64,000 nt of DNA from Geopsychrobacteraceae bacterium (GCA_963662315.1 OY759353.1:256001-320000), one strand, 5' to 3'; shown: positions 10,310-20,944, numbered from the stretch's first letter. The notes: generated by a model from the letters alone, not told the origin. Made by a program: numbers and translations.

Positions 10310-12394
10310 ATGTCTGTTTTATTGCGCTTTATAGTTGTCGGTTTTCTCCTTGGCTTATGCTCCTGCAGTGGGGGTGGTTCAGGTGCGTCTGGGACGGGTA
10401 GTCATGATCCGATCATTACTTTGAACGGCAATGCTATTGTGACCGTCAATGTCGGCAGCAGTTACGTTGATGACGGGGCGACGGCGCAAGATGATGAAGA
10501 TGGCGATCTGACAAGTGCTATCTTGACGACATCAACTGTCGATACGGCAACAGCCGGTTCCTATTCCGTTACTTATGAGGTGAGCGATAGTGATGGCCAT
10601 ACAGTCAGTGCTGTGCGGACTATTTTTGTGTTGGCCAGCAGTGTTGATGCTTATGCTGTTGACTGGTTAGACCAGTTCAGTTTACCGGCACAGGATGCCG
10701 ATGGCTGGTCGCTTCTGACTCCCTCTGTCGATTCCCGAATTATCTATGTTTCCAGCAGTGAAGGCGACGATGCCAATGCGGTTATCTATGCTCCTGATGA
10801 TGCTGTTATTGGTGCGGATGTGTTTCATCCTGAGGGACGCGTCATGGCTTACAGCTCAATCGCTGCGGCTGTGGCCCAAATGCGTGAAGGGTATCCTGAT
10901 TACGTCTTATTAAAGCGAGGAGACAGCTGGTCTCTGGATACCGATATCAGCCTGGTCCGCAAGGGGCGGTCAGCTAGGGAACGACAGGTTCTTGGTGCCT
11001 ATGGTGATCTTTCCAGCCCACGACCACTGGTGTTAAATGCCGGTTTGGTTATGAATAAGAGTGGTTATATTGCTGTCGTCGGTCTGCACCTTTGTGATGA
11101 TGAGCGCAATCCCGGATCAAGCCAGTTCGTCGGTTTTGATCATGTTTCCAACAGCAGTGGCATTGGTGCGACAGTGTATTCTAATGTCGGTGGGATACTG
11201 ATTGAGGACTGCTGGTTTGAATGGTTTGGTGGTAATGCGATTCAAAGCTGGGCCTTCGATGATAAAGGGAACATGTTGGACATCCCTGATATTATTGTCA
11301 GGCGGAATATCTTTAATAATAACTACTCAACCTCATCCCATTCTCAAGGGCTGTATTCCAATCTGATTTCCATACTGGTTGAAGAGAATATCTTTGATCA
11401 TAATGGTTGGTATAAGCAGGGGCAATCCAATGCCCAGGCTCAAGGAATGGCCACCATGTTTAACCACAATACCTACTTTTCCGGGACCAGAAATACCATT
11501 ATGCGCAACAATATTTTTCTGCGTTCCTCCAGTATCCAAAACAAGTTTACCTCCAACACCAGTGACGGGATCAACAAGATCGCTGCGCAAAATATTCTTG
11601 TCGAAAACAACTTCTACGCCGAGGGAGAAATCGGTATCAGTCTGGGCGGGAACTCGGATCAGAATAATGGGCCACGCTGGGATAATATTGTTGTGGTCAA
11701 TAACGTCATGACCGCCATTGGGCGCAGCTTCCCGACCAACCGGACACTCGGCTGGGGAATTGATGTGAACGACTGGCGGACTGGGCTGGTGTCCGGCAAC
11801 TTGTTGACAAGCTGGGGTGAGGCAGGTGTTTACACCAATACGTATGGTTTCAACGTTGTCGGTCACACAACGGATACCCTGTTCAGTGACAATATTGCTT
11901 ACAACATTGTCAGCGAGGGAAGCCTGATGTCTTTTTCTGATGGTGATGTCAATGGTGCCATGGACCGCATTACGCTGCGTAACAATGAAATCGCCGCTCT
12001 GACAAATACACGTGGGCGACTGGTCAGCTACAGCATGATTCCGCAAACTCAGGATTTTGGTGATAACTATTACTATTTCGCCAAGAGCGATGATCAGTGG
12101 TTTGATATTTCCGGTGCGCGCACCGACTTTGCCGAGTTTGCTGATGTCAGCGAAGATACCACCTCTGTGCTTGAATTGCGTCACTATGTTGACCCCGATC
12201 GAAGTATCGGGACGTTTCTGAATGATATGGGTTATAGCAGCGAGATCCCGGTGGCCGCTGACGAAATTCCCGATCTGCTTGCTGTTCTCAAACAACAGCG
12301 CAAAGGGCATTGGGATAAAGCCCTAACCGCACAAAGCCTGAATGACTATTTCCGTGAAGGGTTTTGTATTGCTGGCAATAGTGACTGTCGCTGA
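10310..12394 (+). CDS. Surface lipoprotein with an Ig-like (DUF5011-type) domain and a right-handed beta-helix region
   Basis: Start 10310 (AGAGG RBS); lipobox-like LGLCSC followed by a Gly/Ser linker; PIITLNG...GATAQDDEDGDLT...GSYSVTY Ig repeat; Asn-rich 'IVRRNIF/ILVEENIF/ILVENN' beta-helix repeats. Confidence 0.7.
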   Translation: MSVLLRFIVVGFLLGLCSCSGGGSGASGTGSHDPIITLNGNAIVTVNVGSSYVDDGATAQDDEDGDLTSAILTTSTVDTATAGSYSVTYEVSDSDGHTVSAVRTIFVLASSVDAYAVDWLDQFSLPAQDADGWSLLTPSVDSRIIYVSSSEGDDANAVIYAPDDAVIGADVFHPEGRVMAYSSIAAAVAQMREGYPDYVLLKRGDSWSLDTDISLVRKGRSARERQVLGAYGDLSSPRPLVLNAGLVMNKSGYIAVVGLHLCDDERNPGSSQFVGFDHVSNSSGIGATVYSNVGGILIEDCWFEWFGGNAIQSWAFDDKGNMLDIPDIIVRRNIFNNNYSTSSHSQGLYSNLISILVEENIFDHNGWYKQGQSNAQAQGMATMFNHNTYFSGTRNTIMRNNIFLRSSSIQNKFTSNTSDGINKIAAQNILVENNFYAEGEIGISLGGNSDQNNGPRWDNIVVVNNVMTAIGRSFPTNRTLGWGIDVNDWRTGLVSGNLLTSWGEAGVYTNTYGFNVVGHTTDTLFSDNIAYNIVSEGSLMSFSDGDVNGAMDRITLRNNEIAALTNTRGRLVSYSMIPQTQDFGDNYYYFAKSDDQWFDISGARTDFAEFADVSEDTTSVLELRHYVDPDRSIGTFLNDMGYSSEIPVAADEIPDLLAVLKQQRKGHWDKALTAQSLNDYFREGFCIAGNSDCR

Positions 12395-12441
12395 GGGGGC
12401 AGGGGCCCGCCAGTTTTAAGATGATTGAAAAAGGAAAACGG

Positions 12442-13965
12442 CTACATGACCGCCCCGATATACCATGGCACAAACTCAGAATCCCCAATCCCAAGCAACT
12501 CACTTTTGGTCTTTTGCCCCGAAGCCGTTGCCAGAATATACTCAAAAATCTCCTCACCCATGGCCTCAAGGGAAACCCCGGAATCGATCATGGTGCCGCA
12601 GTTGATATCCATATCTTCTTCCATCAGGTTGAAGGTGCGGCTGTTGGAACTTAGTTTGATGGACGGGGTTGGTTTACAGCCGAAAGCGGAACCGGCGCCG
12701 GTGGAGAAGCAGACAACATTGGCACCGCTGGCAACTTCGCCGGTGATGGAGCAGGGATCGTAACCGGGGCTGTCCATCAGAACCAGGCCGCTGGTTGTAA
12801 TCGGTTCGGCGTAGTGGACGACATCGACCAGATCCGATGTTCCTCCTTTGGAGACCGCCCCCAGGGATTTCTCCAGAATCGTCGTCAGCCCTCCGGCCTT
12901 GTTGCCGGGAGAGGGGTTGTTATTCATCTCGCCGCCGTTGCGCTTGGTGTAATCTTCCCACCAGTGAATCCGTTCAATCAGCTTTGCAGCGACCTCAGGG
13001 GTGACGGCACGGCGGGTGAGCAAGTGCTCAGCGCCGTAGATTTCCGATGTCTCGGCCAGAATGGCCGTTCCACCATGGCGCACGACCAGGTCCGCAGCTG
13101 CACCCATGGCCGGGTTGGCGGTTATGCCGGAATAGGCGTCGCTGCCACCGCATTGCAGGGCTACTTTTAAGTGACTGGCCGCGACCGATTGGCGCTGAAT
13201 CGCGTTGGCTGTCGGCAGCATTGCCTTGATGCAGTCAATACCTGCAGCAATCGCTTTACTGGTTCCGCCGCTATCCTGGATGTTCAGGTGACGAATCAGT
13301 GGAGTGCCATTTTGTTCTAGAGATTCAAGGACATTTTTAAGCTGAAAAACCTCGCAACCCAGCCCAACCAGCACAACCCCGAAAAAATTGGGATGCTGCA
13401 GGTAGCCCCTGAAGGTGCGCATGATCGTGTCATAACCATCACCACTGTTGGCCATGGCACAGCCGGTGTTGTGCACCAGGGGAACAATTCCGTCGATATT
13501 TGGAAAAGCAGCCAGACTGTCGTTAGTGAAATGAGCTGCTATGCGGCGACAGACCGTCGCGGAGCAGTTGACGGTTGACAGCACACCAATATAGTTACGT
13601 GTGGCAACCCTCCCATCGGATCTTACTATGCCCTGAAACGTGGCGCGTTGTTCAGGTGGCAGCACCGACAGATGGCGTAAGTCTGTTGCGACCTCATAAT
13701 CGCGTTTAAAATCATGCACCTCACAGTTGTGGACATGAACATGGGCTCCCGGTGCTATCGCTGTACTGGCGAAGCCGATCACCTGGCTGTATTTGTAAAT
13801 GGCTTCTCCGGCGGCAATAGCTCGGGTTGCCAGTTTATGTCCAGCCGGGATGTCGTTCAGAGTCGTGACCTGCTCTGCTGTGACCAGGGTTCCAGCGCTT
13901 AGGGCGTCGGTGGCAACAACCACATTGTCTGTACTGTGAAGACGTATGATCTGGGGTTTTGACAT
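12442..13965 (-). CDS. uxaA: Altronate/galactarate dehydratase (UxaA/GarD family, with SAF domain)
   Basis: DNVVVA, PAGHK, HVHVHN, TRNYIG, GLGCE, LQCGGSD, NPSPGNKAGGLTTILEKSLG. Exact substrate is uncertain. Confidence 0.82.
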   Translation of the reverse strand: MSKPQIIRLHSTDNVVVATDALSAGTLVTAEQVTTLNDIPAGHKLATRAIAAGEAIYKYSQVIGFASTAIAPGAHVHVHNCEVHDFKRDYEVATDLRHLSVLPPEQRATFQGIVRSDGRVATRNYIGVLSTVNCSATVCRRIAAHFTNDSLAAFPNIDGIVPLVHNTGCAMANSGDGYDTIMRTFRGYLQHPNFFGVVLVGLGCEVFQLKNVLESLEQNGTPLIRHLNIQDSGGTSKAIAAGIDCIKAMLPTANAIQRQSVAASHLKVALQCGGSDAYSGITANPAMGAAADLVVRHGGTAILAETSEIYGAEHLLTRRAVTPEVAAKLIERIHWWEDYTKRNGGEMNNNPSPGNKAGGLTTILEKSLGAVSKGGTSDLVDVVHYAEPITTSGLVLMDSPGYDPCSITGEVASGANVVCFSTGAGSAFGCKPTPSIKLSSNSRTFNLMEEDMDINCGTMIDSGVSLEAMGEEIFEYILATASGQKTKSELLGIGDSEFVPWYIGAVM

Positions 13966-14027
13966 GTGATTCCTCTACAGTCGGGCAGGGACCATTTATC
14001 CTGGATTCCCTGCTAGAAAGTTAAACT

Positions 14028-15392
14028 CTAACGATAGATCAGGTTGGGCAGCCACATAGAGAACTGTGGAATAAAAGTAATCAGCAGTAAGACCAGCACC
14101 AGCGGGATCAGAAACGGCATTGTTGCTCTGGTACAGCGTTCAAAAGGAACACCGGAAACCCGTGACAGCACGTAAAGGACCATCCCGACTGGCGGGGTCA
14201 GCAGCCCGATCATCAGATTCAGGACGATGATAACACCAAAGTGAACCGGGTCGATACCGACCTGGGTGGCAACCGGCAGCATAACCGGAACCAGAATGGT
14301 GATGGCGGCAATGGTTTCCATGAAGAAGCCGACGATAAACAGGATCACGTTGAGGATCAGTAACACCAGGATCGGATTGTCGGTCAGGGACGTGACCATG
14401 TTGACAAAATGTTCCGTCACCCGGTTACTGGTCAGAATCCAGGCAAAGATTGATGCCCCCGCAACGATCAGCAGGATAATGGCGGTTGTTTCAATGGTCT
14501 CCATCGATACTTTGATAAAGCGTCGCAAGTTCAAGGTACGGTACCAGATCAGCCCCAGGAACAGTGCCCAGGCAACAGCGGCGGCAGCTGCTTCGGTGGG
14601 GGTGACCGCACCACTTAATATTCCTCCGACAATAATGACCGGTGTCATCAGGGACATAAAGGCACGCTTGAAGGTCTCCCATAAAACTTTAAAAGAGAAT
14701 GATGCGTCGCGCGGATAGTTACGGCGGCGCGAATACCACCAGACCATGGCCATCAGGGCCAGGGCCATAAGAATGCCGGGAACAAAGCCGGCCGCGAACA
14801 GCTGGCCAATGGACGCCGAGGCCATAACGCCGTAAATAACCATCGGTAGTGACGGAGGAATGATCGGTCCGATGGTTGAGGAGGCCGCAGTGACGCCGAC
14901 GGAAAAGTCGACATCGTATCCGGCATCGCGCATCGCTTTAATCTCAATGGTTCCCAGACCACCGGCATCAGCGACCGCCGCACCGGACATGCCGGCAAAA
15001 ATAACTGATGCGCCGATATTGACATGACCAAGTCCGCCGGGCATCCAGCCAACACAGGCGGTGGCAAATGCAAAAATGCGGTTGGTGATGCCGACGGCAT
15101 TCATCAAAGATCCGGCCAGAATGAAAAAGGGGACGGCCAATAGGGGAAAACTGTCAATGCCGTTGATCATGCGGTGGGCGACGACGACATCAGGCACCTT
15201 GCCGGTCACCAGGACAAACAGCAGGGACGAGCCTCCCAGGGCCAGAGCGACCGGGACGCCGGTGATCAGAAACAGAAAGACCGAGGCAAACAGAAAAGCA
15301 ATAGGCATTCCGGCACATGCCAGGGCGATGGTACACAGGGCAGCCAGAACGATCAAGAAGGCATTAAATTTGAGGCCAGGACGTTTGGACAC
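14028..15392 (-). CDS. dctM: TRAP transporter large permease
   Basis: FPLLAVPFFILAG, GMSGAAVAD, IIPPS, TPTEAA, GLLTPPVG. Confidence 0.92.
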   Translation of the reverse strand: MSKRPGLKFNAFLIVLAALCTIALACAGMPIAFLFASVFLFLITGVPVALALGGSSLLFVLVTGKVPDVVVAHRMINGIDSFPLLAVPFFILAGSLMNAVGITNRIFAFATACVGWMPGGLGHVNIGASVIFAGMSGAAVADAGGLGTIEIKAMRDAGYDVDFSVGVTAASSTIGPIIPPSLPMVIYGVMASASIGQLFAAGFVPGILMALALMAMVWWYSRRRNYPRDASFSFKVLWETFKRAFMSLMTPVIIVGGILSGAVTPTEAAAAAVAWALFLGLIWYRTLNLRRFIKVSMETIETTAIILLIVAGASIFAWILTSNRVTEHFVNMVTSLTDNPILVLLILNVILFIVGFFMETIAAITILVPVMLPVATQVGIDPVHFGVIIVLNLMIGLLTPPVGMVLYVLSRVSGVPFERCTRATMPFLIPLVLVLLLITFIPQFSMWLPNLIYR

Positions 15393-15407
15393 CGGTTCCT
15401 CCTTCTG

Positions 15408-15977
15408 TCAGTCAGTTGGTGGGTGAAGGACATGTTCAGCATGTTCCAGGCTCATACGACTGCCACCCTGGCGGATGTGTTTGACCAGAACCTGAAGTGC
15501 CCTGATGGTCATGGCTATCAGGCAGATAGCAACCATGTAGTACATGGCGCTTTTCGGAAATTCGATAGAAACCATCATCTGGCGGGTTTTGCCGGCCAGC
15601 TTAAAGCAGATGTAGGCGAGCGCGCCAAAAAAGGCGACACGGCCGACATCGGCACAATAGGTGAGGAACGCCCCGAATTTTGGCGGAATGAAACGAAACA
15701 GGAATTCAACCATGATGTGGGTATTTTTACGCACTGCCATAATCGAACCGATAAATCCGACGGAGATCAGCAGGTAACGGGCAATCTCTTCGGTCCAGCC
15801 GATAGAATCATCAAGCACATAACGGGAAAAGAACTGGATAAAGATATCCAGAGCCAGAACCCAGAAAACAATGAAAACCACATAGTCCTCCATGCCGAAG
15901 GATTTCCAGTCGATGGGAGCGTCCAGTTCATCATCCAGCGAACTGGCATCAAAGGAGGTTTTGTCGGGCTCGGTCAT
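15408..15977 (-). CDS. dctQ: TRAP transporter small permease
   Basis: QFFSRYV...WTEEIARY...HIMVE; about 4 TM. Confidence 0.88.
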   Translation of the reverse strand: MTEPDKTSFDASSLDDELDAPIDWKSFGMEDYVVFIVFWVLALDIFIQFFSRYVLDDSIGWTEEIARYLLISVGFIGSIMAVRKNTHIMVEFLFRFIPPKFGAFLTYCADVGRVAFFGALAYICFKLAGKTRQMMVSIEFPKSAMYYMVAICLIAMTIRALQVLVKHIRQGGSRMSLEHAEHVLHPPTD

Positions 15978-16130
15978 CTTAAGTCCTCTCTTGCTTGCCT
16001 AAGGTGAACAGCACAGGGCGTCGGAAAAATGTTCCAACACCCTGCTACAGCTTTTCAGATTAGGAACGAGCAAATTTTTCTTGTCGCAGCCCCGCAGGTG
16101 AAGTCACCACGGCGGGAAAGATCCCGAAAC

Positions 16131-17114
16131 TTATAATGCCTGCAGACGATCCCAGATATCTTTCGGCCAGGGCACTTCTTTGGGGTGACTGTCGTAATAA
16201 GCAGCGGTCGCTTTCTGCATAGCGGCAACATCAACTTTCTGATTGACAATGTTCCCCTGTTGTTCAAACCAGCTGACCAGTGATTTTTCTTTTCCTTCAA
16301 CTTCAGCGGTGCAGCTGTTGGCAGCTTCCATCAGGACGTCAAAAAACAACTTCTGGTCGGTATCGTTCAGGCGGTCCCACAGTGGGCCACCAATGACCAG
16401 CAGCAGACTGTCGGTGATATGGCCAGTCAGGTTGATGTATTTCTGAACTTCATAGAACTTTTTAGCCTGAATGGTGGGCAGAGGGTTTTCCTGGGCGTCA
16501 ACGGTTCCCTGTTGCAGGGCCAGGTAGACTTCAGCAAAGGCAATAGGGGTCGGGTTGGCACCGGTCGCTTTCGGAAAAATGGTATACGCAGGAGCATTTG
16601 GAACGCGGATTTTCAGACCCTTCATGTCCGCAGGGGTGCTGACTTCTTTTTTCGAGGTGACGTGGCGCTGGCCGTAGTAGGTTGCGGTGACAACTTTATG
16701 CCCCGATGCTTTTTCGTAGCCGGAAGCCAGGTCACGGAACAGATCGCTCTTCATGAAGGCTTTCCAGTGATCAAGGCTGCGAAACACATACGGATAACCG
16801 GCAATGGAGATGGGGCCGAAGGTCCGCCCGGCAAACTGATTGCCGGTGTAAATGATATCAACGGTACCTAACGACAGACCCTCATTGATATCAACTTCTT
16901 TGCCTAAGGAAGAGGCGGGGAATACTTCGATTTCGTACTTTCCACCAGAGCGTTTTTTTACCTCGTCAGCAGCCCATAGGGCCCACTTGTGGTAGGGCTG
17001 GCTGACTTCGTACACGTGAGCCCACTTCAGTTTTTCAGCAGCAACTGCGGTAGACGCGGTCAGGGTTGAGACGGCAATGACAAGCAGCAACAGCAAAGTG
17101 AAACGTCTTTTCAT
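16131..17114 (-). CDS. dctP: TRAP substrate-binding protein (SiaP/DctP type)
   Basis: Signal peptide; DMKGLKIRVP, EVYLALQQGTVDAQENP, KFYEVQKY. Confidence 0.92.
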   Translation of the reverse strand: MKRRFTLLLLLVIAVSTLTASTAVAAEKLKWAHVYEVSQPYHKWALWAADEVKKRSGGKYEIEVFPASSLGKEVDINEGLSLGTVDIIYTGNQFAGRTFGPISIAGYPYVFRSLDHWKAFMKSDLFRDLASGYEKASGHKVVTATYYGQRHVTSKKEVSTPADMKGLKIRVPNAPAYTIFPKATGANPTPIAFAEVYLALQQGTVDAQENPLPTIQAKKFYEVQKYINLTGHITDSLLLVIGGPLWDRLNDTDQKLFFDVLMEAANSCTAEVEGKEKSLVSWFEQQGNIVNQKVDVAAMQKATAAYYDSHPKEVPWPKDIWDRLQAL

Positions 17115-17492
17115 CTTACCTCTCCTCTTCTGGTATAGTGTGTTTTTCTATGCAGCTCCTTAGTGCCTCGTCATGAGGCTGTGAATATTGGTTGTGAATG
17201 CTAATTGATCTAAAAAATAATGGTTTATATTCATATCGCTTAGATGAAGCTTTTTAATTATTAATCTTAGTGAGCGCTTGTCAATCGAAGATAACGTAGT
17301 TTTAAATTTTGTTAGGTGTTTGTTTCATGTTGTGGAACGAATCGTATGATGTCGAACAGTTCAAAGCGTGGTTGCCTGAACTTGAGGTAAGCGTGGAGGT
17401 CGGAATAAGATGAAATCTCCGCAGGTGAACATTTACCAGGGTGCGAAGATCTCGATTGGCACGGCAGCGTATCCTGTTATAAAAGGAACGAT

Positions 17493-18074
17493 ATGGAACA
17501 TACGCCTTTAGCCCATCTTTTACAGCAGGTCCACCAATGCCGACAATGTGAGAGCGCCTTGCCTTTAGGAGCCAATCCGGTGCTGCAGGCCGGCACCGGA
17601 GCGCGCTTGCTTATTATCGGACAGGCACCGGGGACCAGAGTTCATTACAGTTCAATGCCGTGGAATGATCCGAGTGGCGAGCGGCTCAGGGACTGGCTGA
17701 TCATGGACAAGTCCAGGTTTTACAACCCCGAGCAGGTTGCTATTGTTCCCATGGGCTTCTGTTATCCCGGCAAAGGATCGTCCGGTGATCTGCCGCCTCG
17801 TCCTGAATGTGCACCAACGTGGCATCAGCAACTGCTGGCGTTATTGCCTGATATCGAATTGACTCTGCTGATTGGCCAGTATGCTCAGAAAAACTATTTA
17901 TCAGGTGTACCTGGCTCCGTGACTGAAACGGTGCGCAGCTGGCAGCGCTGGGCACCTGGATATTTCCCCTTACCCCATCCCTCACCACGCAACACCTTAT
18001 GGTTGCAGAGGAACCCCTGGTTTACAGAGGAGGTGCTGCCTGCGCTAAGGGCGCGAATCGGTAGCATGTGGTGA
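17493..18074 (+). CDS. Uracil-DNA glycosylase superfamily protein
   Basis: CxxC, IGQAPG, WNDPSG, GFCYPG, DLPPRPEC, LPHPSPRN. Confidence 0.85.
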   Translation: MEHTPLAHLLQQVHQCRQCESALPLGANPVLQAGTGARLLIIGQAPGTRVHYSSMPWNDPSGERLRDWLIMDKSRFYNPEQVAIVPMGFCYPGKGSSGDLPPRPECAPTWHQQLLALLPDIELTLLIGQYAQKNYLSGVPGSVTETVRSWQRWAPGYFPLPHPSPRNTLWLQRNPWFTEEVLPALRARIGSMW

Positions 18075-18161
18075 ATATTTCTGTGAGCGTTGGACGACTG
18101 ATGGCTTCTGAAAAGAGGGGCTTGATTGTTTGCGATAGGTACTTAAATTAAAAAAGCCTGG

Positions 18162-18678
18162 GTCGCCGGGTCCCGGCCCGGCAGCCCACGCTGCTGTCGC
18201 AGCTAATGGGCAAGAGCGCTAGTTGAGAGACAGGCTGCCGTGGGTCTATCGGTTTTCGTTACTAAACCCATCATCAATAAATAATACGGTTCTGGCCATC
18301 AGGCGGGGGTGAGCCGTCAGGCCGGCTGGTAAATTGCTGGTTGTCTCTTGGTGCCCAACGACGCCCGAACACGGACATATTAAAGAGGGCTTTTTGTGCT
18401 TACTATTTTTAGCCTGATTGTGAAAAATAGTAAGGCGCAGTGTGGGGGCGCGACCCCGTGACTTTGATATGGTTTTGACCGTTTCGTTCCAATCAATAAA
18501 GTCTTAAGGTCGCCGGGTCCCGGCCCGGCAGCCGGGTTCATTTTTCCCAGCGATGGAAAAACGAACCAAAAAGATCTTTGAAGGTCAAACACACTGACGA
18601 TAGGTGTATGGGACTACGTTTCAACGTTACAGGGTGAAATTAACCGGCAGCCCACGCTGCTGACGCAGCTAACGGGCA
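18162..18678 (+). repeat. ~455-bp structured repeat, array A (one internally deleted unit + a 5' partial unit)
   Basis: Same blocks as the 28.6-31 kb array; the first unit is deleted between the two ccggcagcc words. Confidence 0.93.
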
Positions 18679-18749
18679 GGTTTTATTAGGGGAGAATTGT
18701 GACTTTTGGCTTTCTGTTGCTGCGTGTTACTTAAGTCTTTAAGTATTCA

Positions 18750-19235
18750 CTATTTAATTTTCAGTTCATCCCGTAGCGCTCTTCTTGCCGCTTTATCAAC
18801 CAAGCGAAAGATCTGATCGGGCAAAGTCCGTTGCGCCGCTGGGAGGTGTCCGCACCGTTTACAGAACTCCAGCTGATAGTTATCCAGTTGCTCGAAAAAT
18901 TCCCGATAGAGATCAGCATTATTCAGCGGTCGCCCCAGGCGTGAGCAAAAATGTTTTTCCTCTAGACTCCGGCGGCGTTGTGGCAGTTCGCAGATGGTTT
19001 GGGAATCGCAGTGGATGGTCAGTTGGGCTCCAGGGGGAACGAATTCCTGTAGTGCCCAGAGCAGAGTCTGCATTTCCAGTCGGGCCGCAGTGGTTTGCGC
19101 AAAAGGTTTGACGCGAATCTGACTGATCATGTCTTCTAGAGATGTCTGGTCCGAACTGATCAGCAGGCAGGCGCCGTAGCCGATACCGGTTGTGGGGTCG
19201 GCGCTACCGTCACAGAAGAGTTGCAGTTCTGCCAT
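18750..19235 (-). CDS. Ribonuclease HI family protein
   Basis: FCDGS, ARLEMQ, HCDSQ, NNADLY, GH, VDKAAR catalytic pattern. Confidence 0.8.
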   Translation of the reverse strand: MAELQLFCDGSADPTTGIGYGACLLISSDQTSLEDMISQIRVKPFAQTTAARLEMQTLLWALQEFVPPGAQLTIHCDSQTICELPQRRRSLEEKHFCSRLGRPLNNADLYREFFEQLDNYQLEFCKRCGHLPAAQRTLPDQIFRLVDKAARRALRDELKIK

Positions 19236-19251
19236 GGTGGTCTGCTGATGA

Positions 19252-19479
19252 TCAGTCGGGGTGATTGCGGAAGGCGATGTACAGATCTTCGACCTGACGC
19301 CTGGCCCAGGGGGTACGGCGCAGAAATTTCAGGCTTGATTTGACCGATGGGTCGTTATTGAAACAGCGGATCTGGATGATTTGCCCCAGTTCTTCCCAGC
19401 CGTAGTAGTCAGAAAGATCGGTGACAATGCGTTCCAAGGTGATACCGTGCAACGGGTCTTTGTTTTGTTGGTCGGCCAT
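19252..19479 (-). CDS. VF530/DUF2132 family small DNA-binding protein
   Basis: Start at 19479: DPLHGITLE...YGWEELG...CF...[17 protein letters not shown]. Confidence 0.85.
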   Translation of the reverse strand: MADQQNKDPLHGITLERIVTDLSDYYGWEELGQIIQIRCFNNDPSVKSSLKFLRRTPWARRQVEDLYIAFRNHPD

Positions 19480-19613
19480 GCGTGGTGAATCCTTTTTGGG
19501 TAAGTGTCGCTGGAGTTTAGGTGGTTTTTTGGGTTGGATGCAAGGGTAAAACGGCAATGGGCGTGGGTTGGACGTTTCAGTGTGGTTCTATTGATTCATC
19601 AAGACAACATCAA

Positions 19614-20250
19614 GACCGCCGGGTCCCGGCCCTGCAGCCGGGTTCATTTTTCCCAGCGATGGAAAAACGAACCAAAAAGATCTTTGAAGGTCAAACACAC
19701 TGACGATAGGTGTATGGGACTACGTTTCAACGTTACAGGGTGAAATTAACCGGCAGCCCACGCTGCTTCGCAGCTAACGGGCAAGAGTGCTTGTTGATAG
19801 GTATACTGTCCTGGGTCTATCGGTTTTCGTTATTAACCCATCATCAATAAATAATGCGGTTCTGGCCATCAGGCGCGATTTGAGCCGTCAGGCCGGCTGG
19901 TTAATTGCTGGTTGTCTCTTTGTGTCCAACGACGCCCGAACACGGACATATAAAAAGGGCTTTTTGTGCTTACTATTTTTAGCCTGATTGTGAAAAATAG
20001 TAAGGCACAGTGTGGGGGCGCAACCCCACGACTTTGATATGATTTTGACTGTTTCATTTCAATCAATAAAGTCTTAAGACCGCCGGGTCCCGGCCCGGCA
20101 GCCGGGTTCATTTTTCCCAGCGATGGAAAAACGAACCAAAAAGATCTTGTAAGGTCAAGGTAACTGACGATAGCTGTGTTGGACTACGTTTGAACATTGC
20201 AGGGTGCAACTAACTGGCAGCCCACGCTGCTATCGCAGCTAACGGGCAAA
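19614..20250 (+). repeat. ~455-bp structured repeat, array B (1 full + 1 partial unit)
   Basis: Conserved blocks ccgggtcccggccc...ggaaaaacgaaccaaaaagatc...gcagctaacgggca...aaaaatagtaagg. Confidence 0.93.
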
Positions 20251-20346
20251 GGGCTGTAGAGGAGAATTATTGTGCTGCTGGCTTTACGGGTTGTTGCTAC
20301 TGAATGCTTAATAGTATTAACTAGTTAAAGAGATGTTTTAAACGGA

Positions 20347-20386
20347 CAAGTAGAGCGCCTCTGGTGCGTCAGAGGCGCTCTGCTTG
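20347..20386 (-). terminator. Hairpin downstream of the rhodanese remnant
   Basis: caagtagagcgcctctg...cagaggcgctctgcttg. Confidence 0.6.
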
Positions 20387-20397
20387 CCATAGTTTAC

Positions 20398-20734
20398 TTA
20401 GTGTTTCTTCTCAAAGGTATAGCTGCCATCAGCCTTCACAATAATGGTAGCGTCCAGATACTGCAGGTTGCTTTTGTTGCCATAGTCGGTATCCAGAATC
20501 GCATAGAAAGCACCACCGGCACGGCTGCCAGTTGCACAGTGGAGGGCGATGCGGCCCTCTTTGGCCAGTTTATTCAGGTTTTGAGGCAGAAGCGGCTTGG
20601 GAATATTGACGGCACGTGGCCTTCTTCAAACTTAACGGCAGGACGCGCATCAATCAGCTGGAATGACTTATTCTGCTCCAGTGTTTCTGTCACCTGTGTC
20701 GCACCGGCAAACTCTTTTCTGAACAGCTCCATCA
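20398..20734 (-). pseudogene. Rhodanese-domain gene remnant (5'-truncated, frameshifted)
   Basis: Manual translation: FQLIDARPAVKFEEGHV / frameshift near 20612 / VNIPKPLLPQNLNKLAKEGRIALHCATGSRAG...EKKH*. Confidence 0.72.
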
Positions 20735-20941
20735 CTTCCTGAGCGTCTCGGTGAACTTCCTGCGGACAAGATTATTGTCACCACCTGTCCGCATAAGGAT
20801 CGGGCGATTATTGCCATGACCTACCTGCGCTCTAAAGGGATTGCCGCGCGTTATTTAACCGACGGGCTGCTTGGGCTGCTGGCCAATCTGAGAGGCGATG
20901 ATGCCAAGTATTTTCTGGAGATGTATAAGCAGAACAAATAG
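20735..20941 (+). pseudogene. 3' half of a second rhodanese-domain gene
   Basis: Manual translation: LPERLGELPADKIIVTTCPHKDRAIIAMTYLRSKGIAARYLTDGLLGL...QNK*; the N-terminal half is missing. Confidence 0.72.
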
Positions 20942-20944
20942 CTG

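Noticed and set aside
11333..12310. Long antisense ORF (325 aa) and similar shadow ORFs (15174, 26426, 40852, 49712, 61234)
   Set aside because: They overlap well-supported genes on the opposite strand and show no family motifs.
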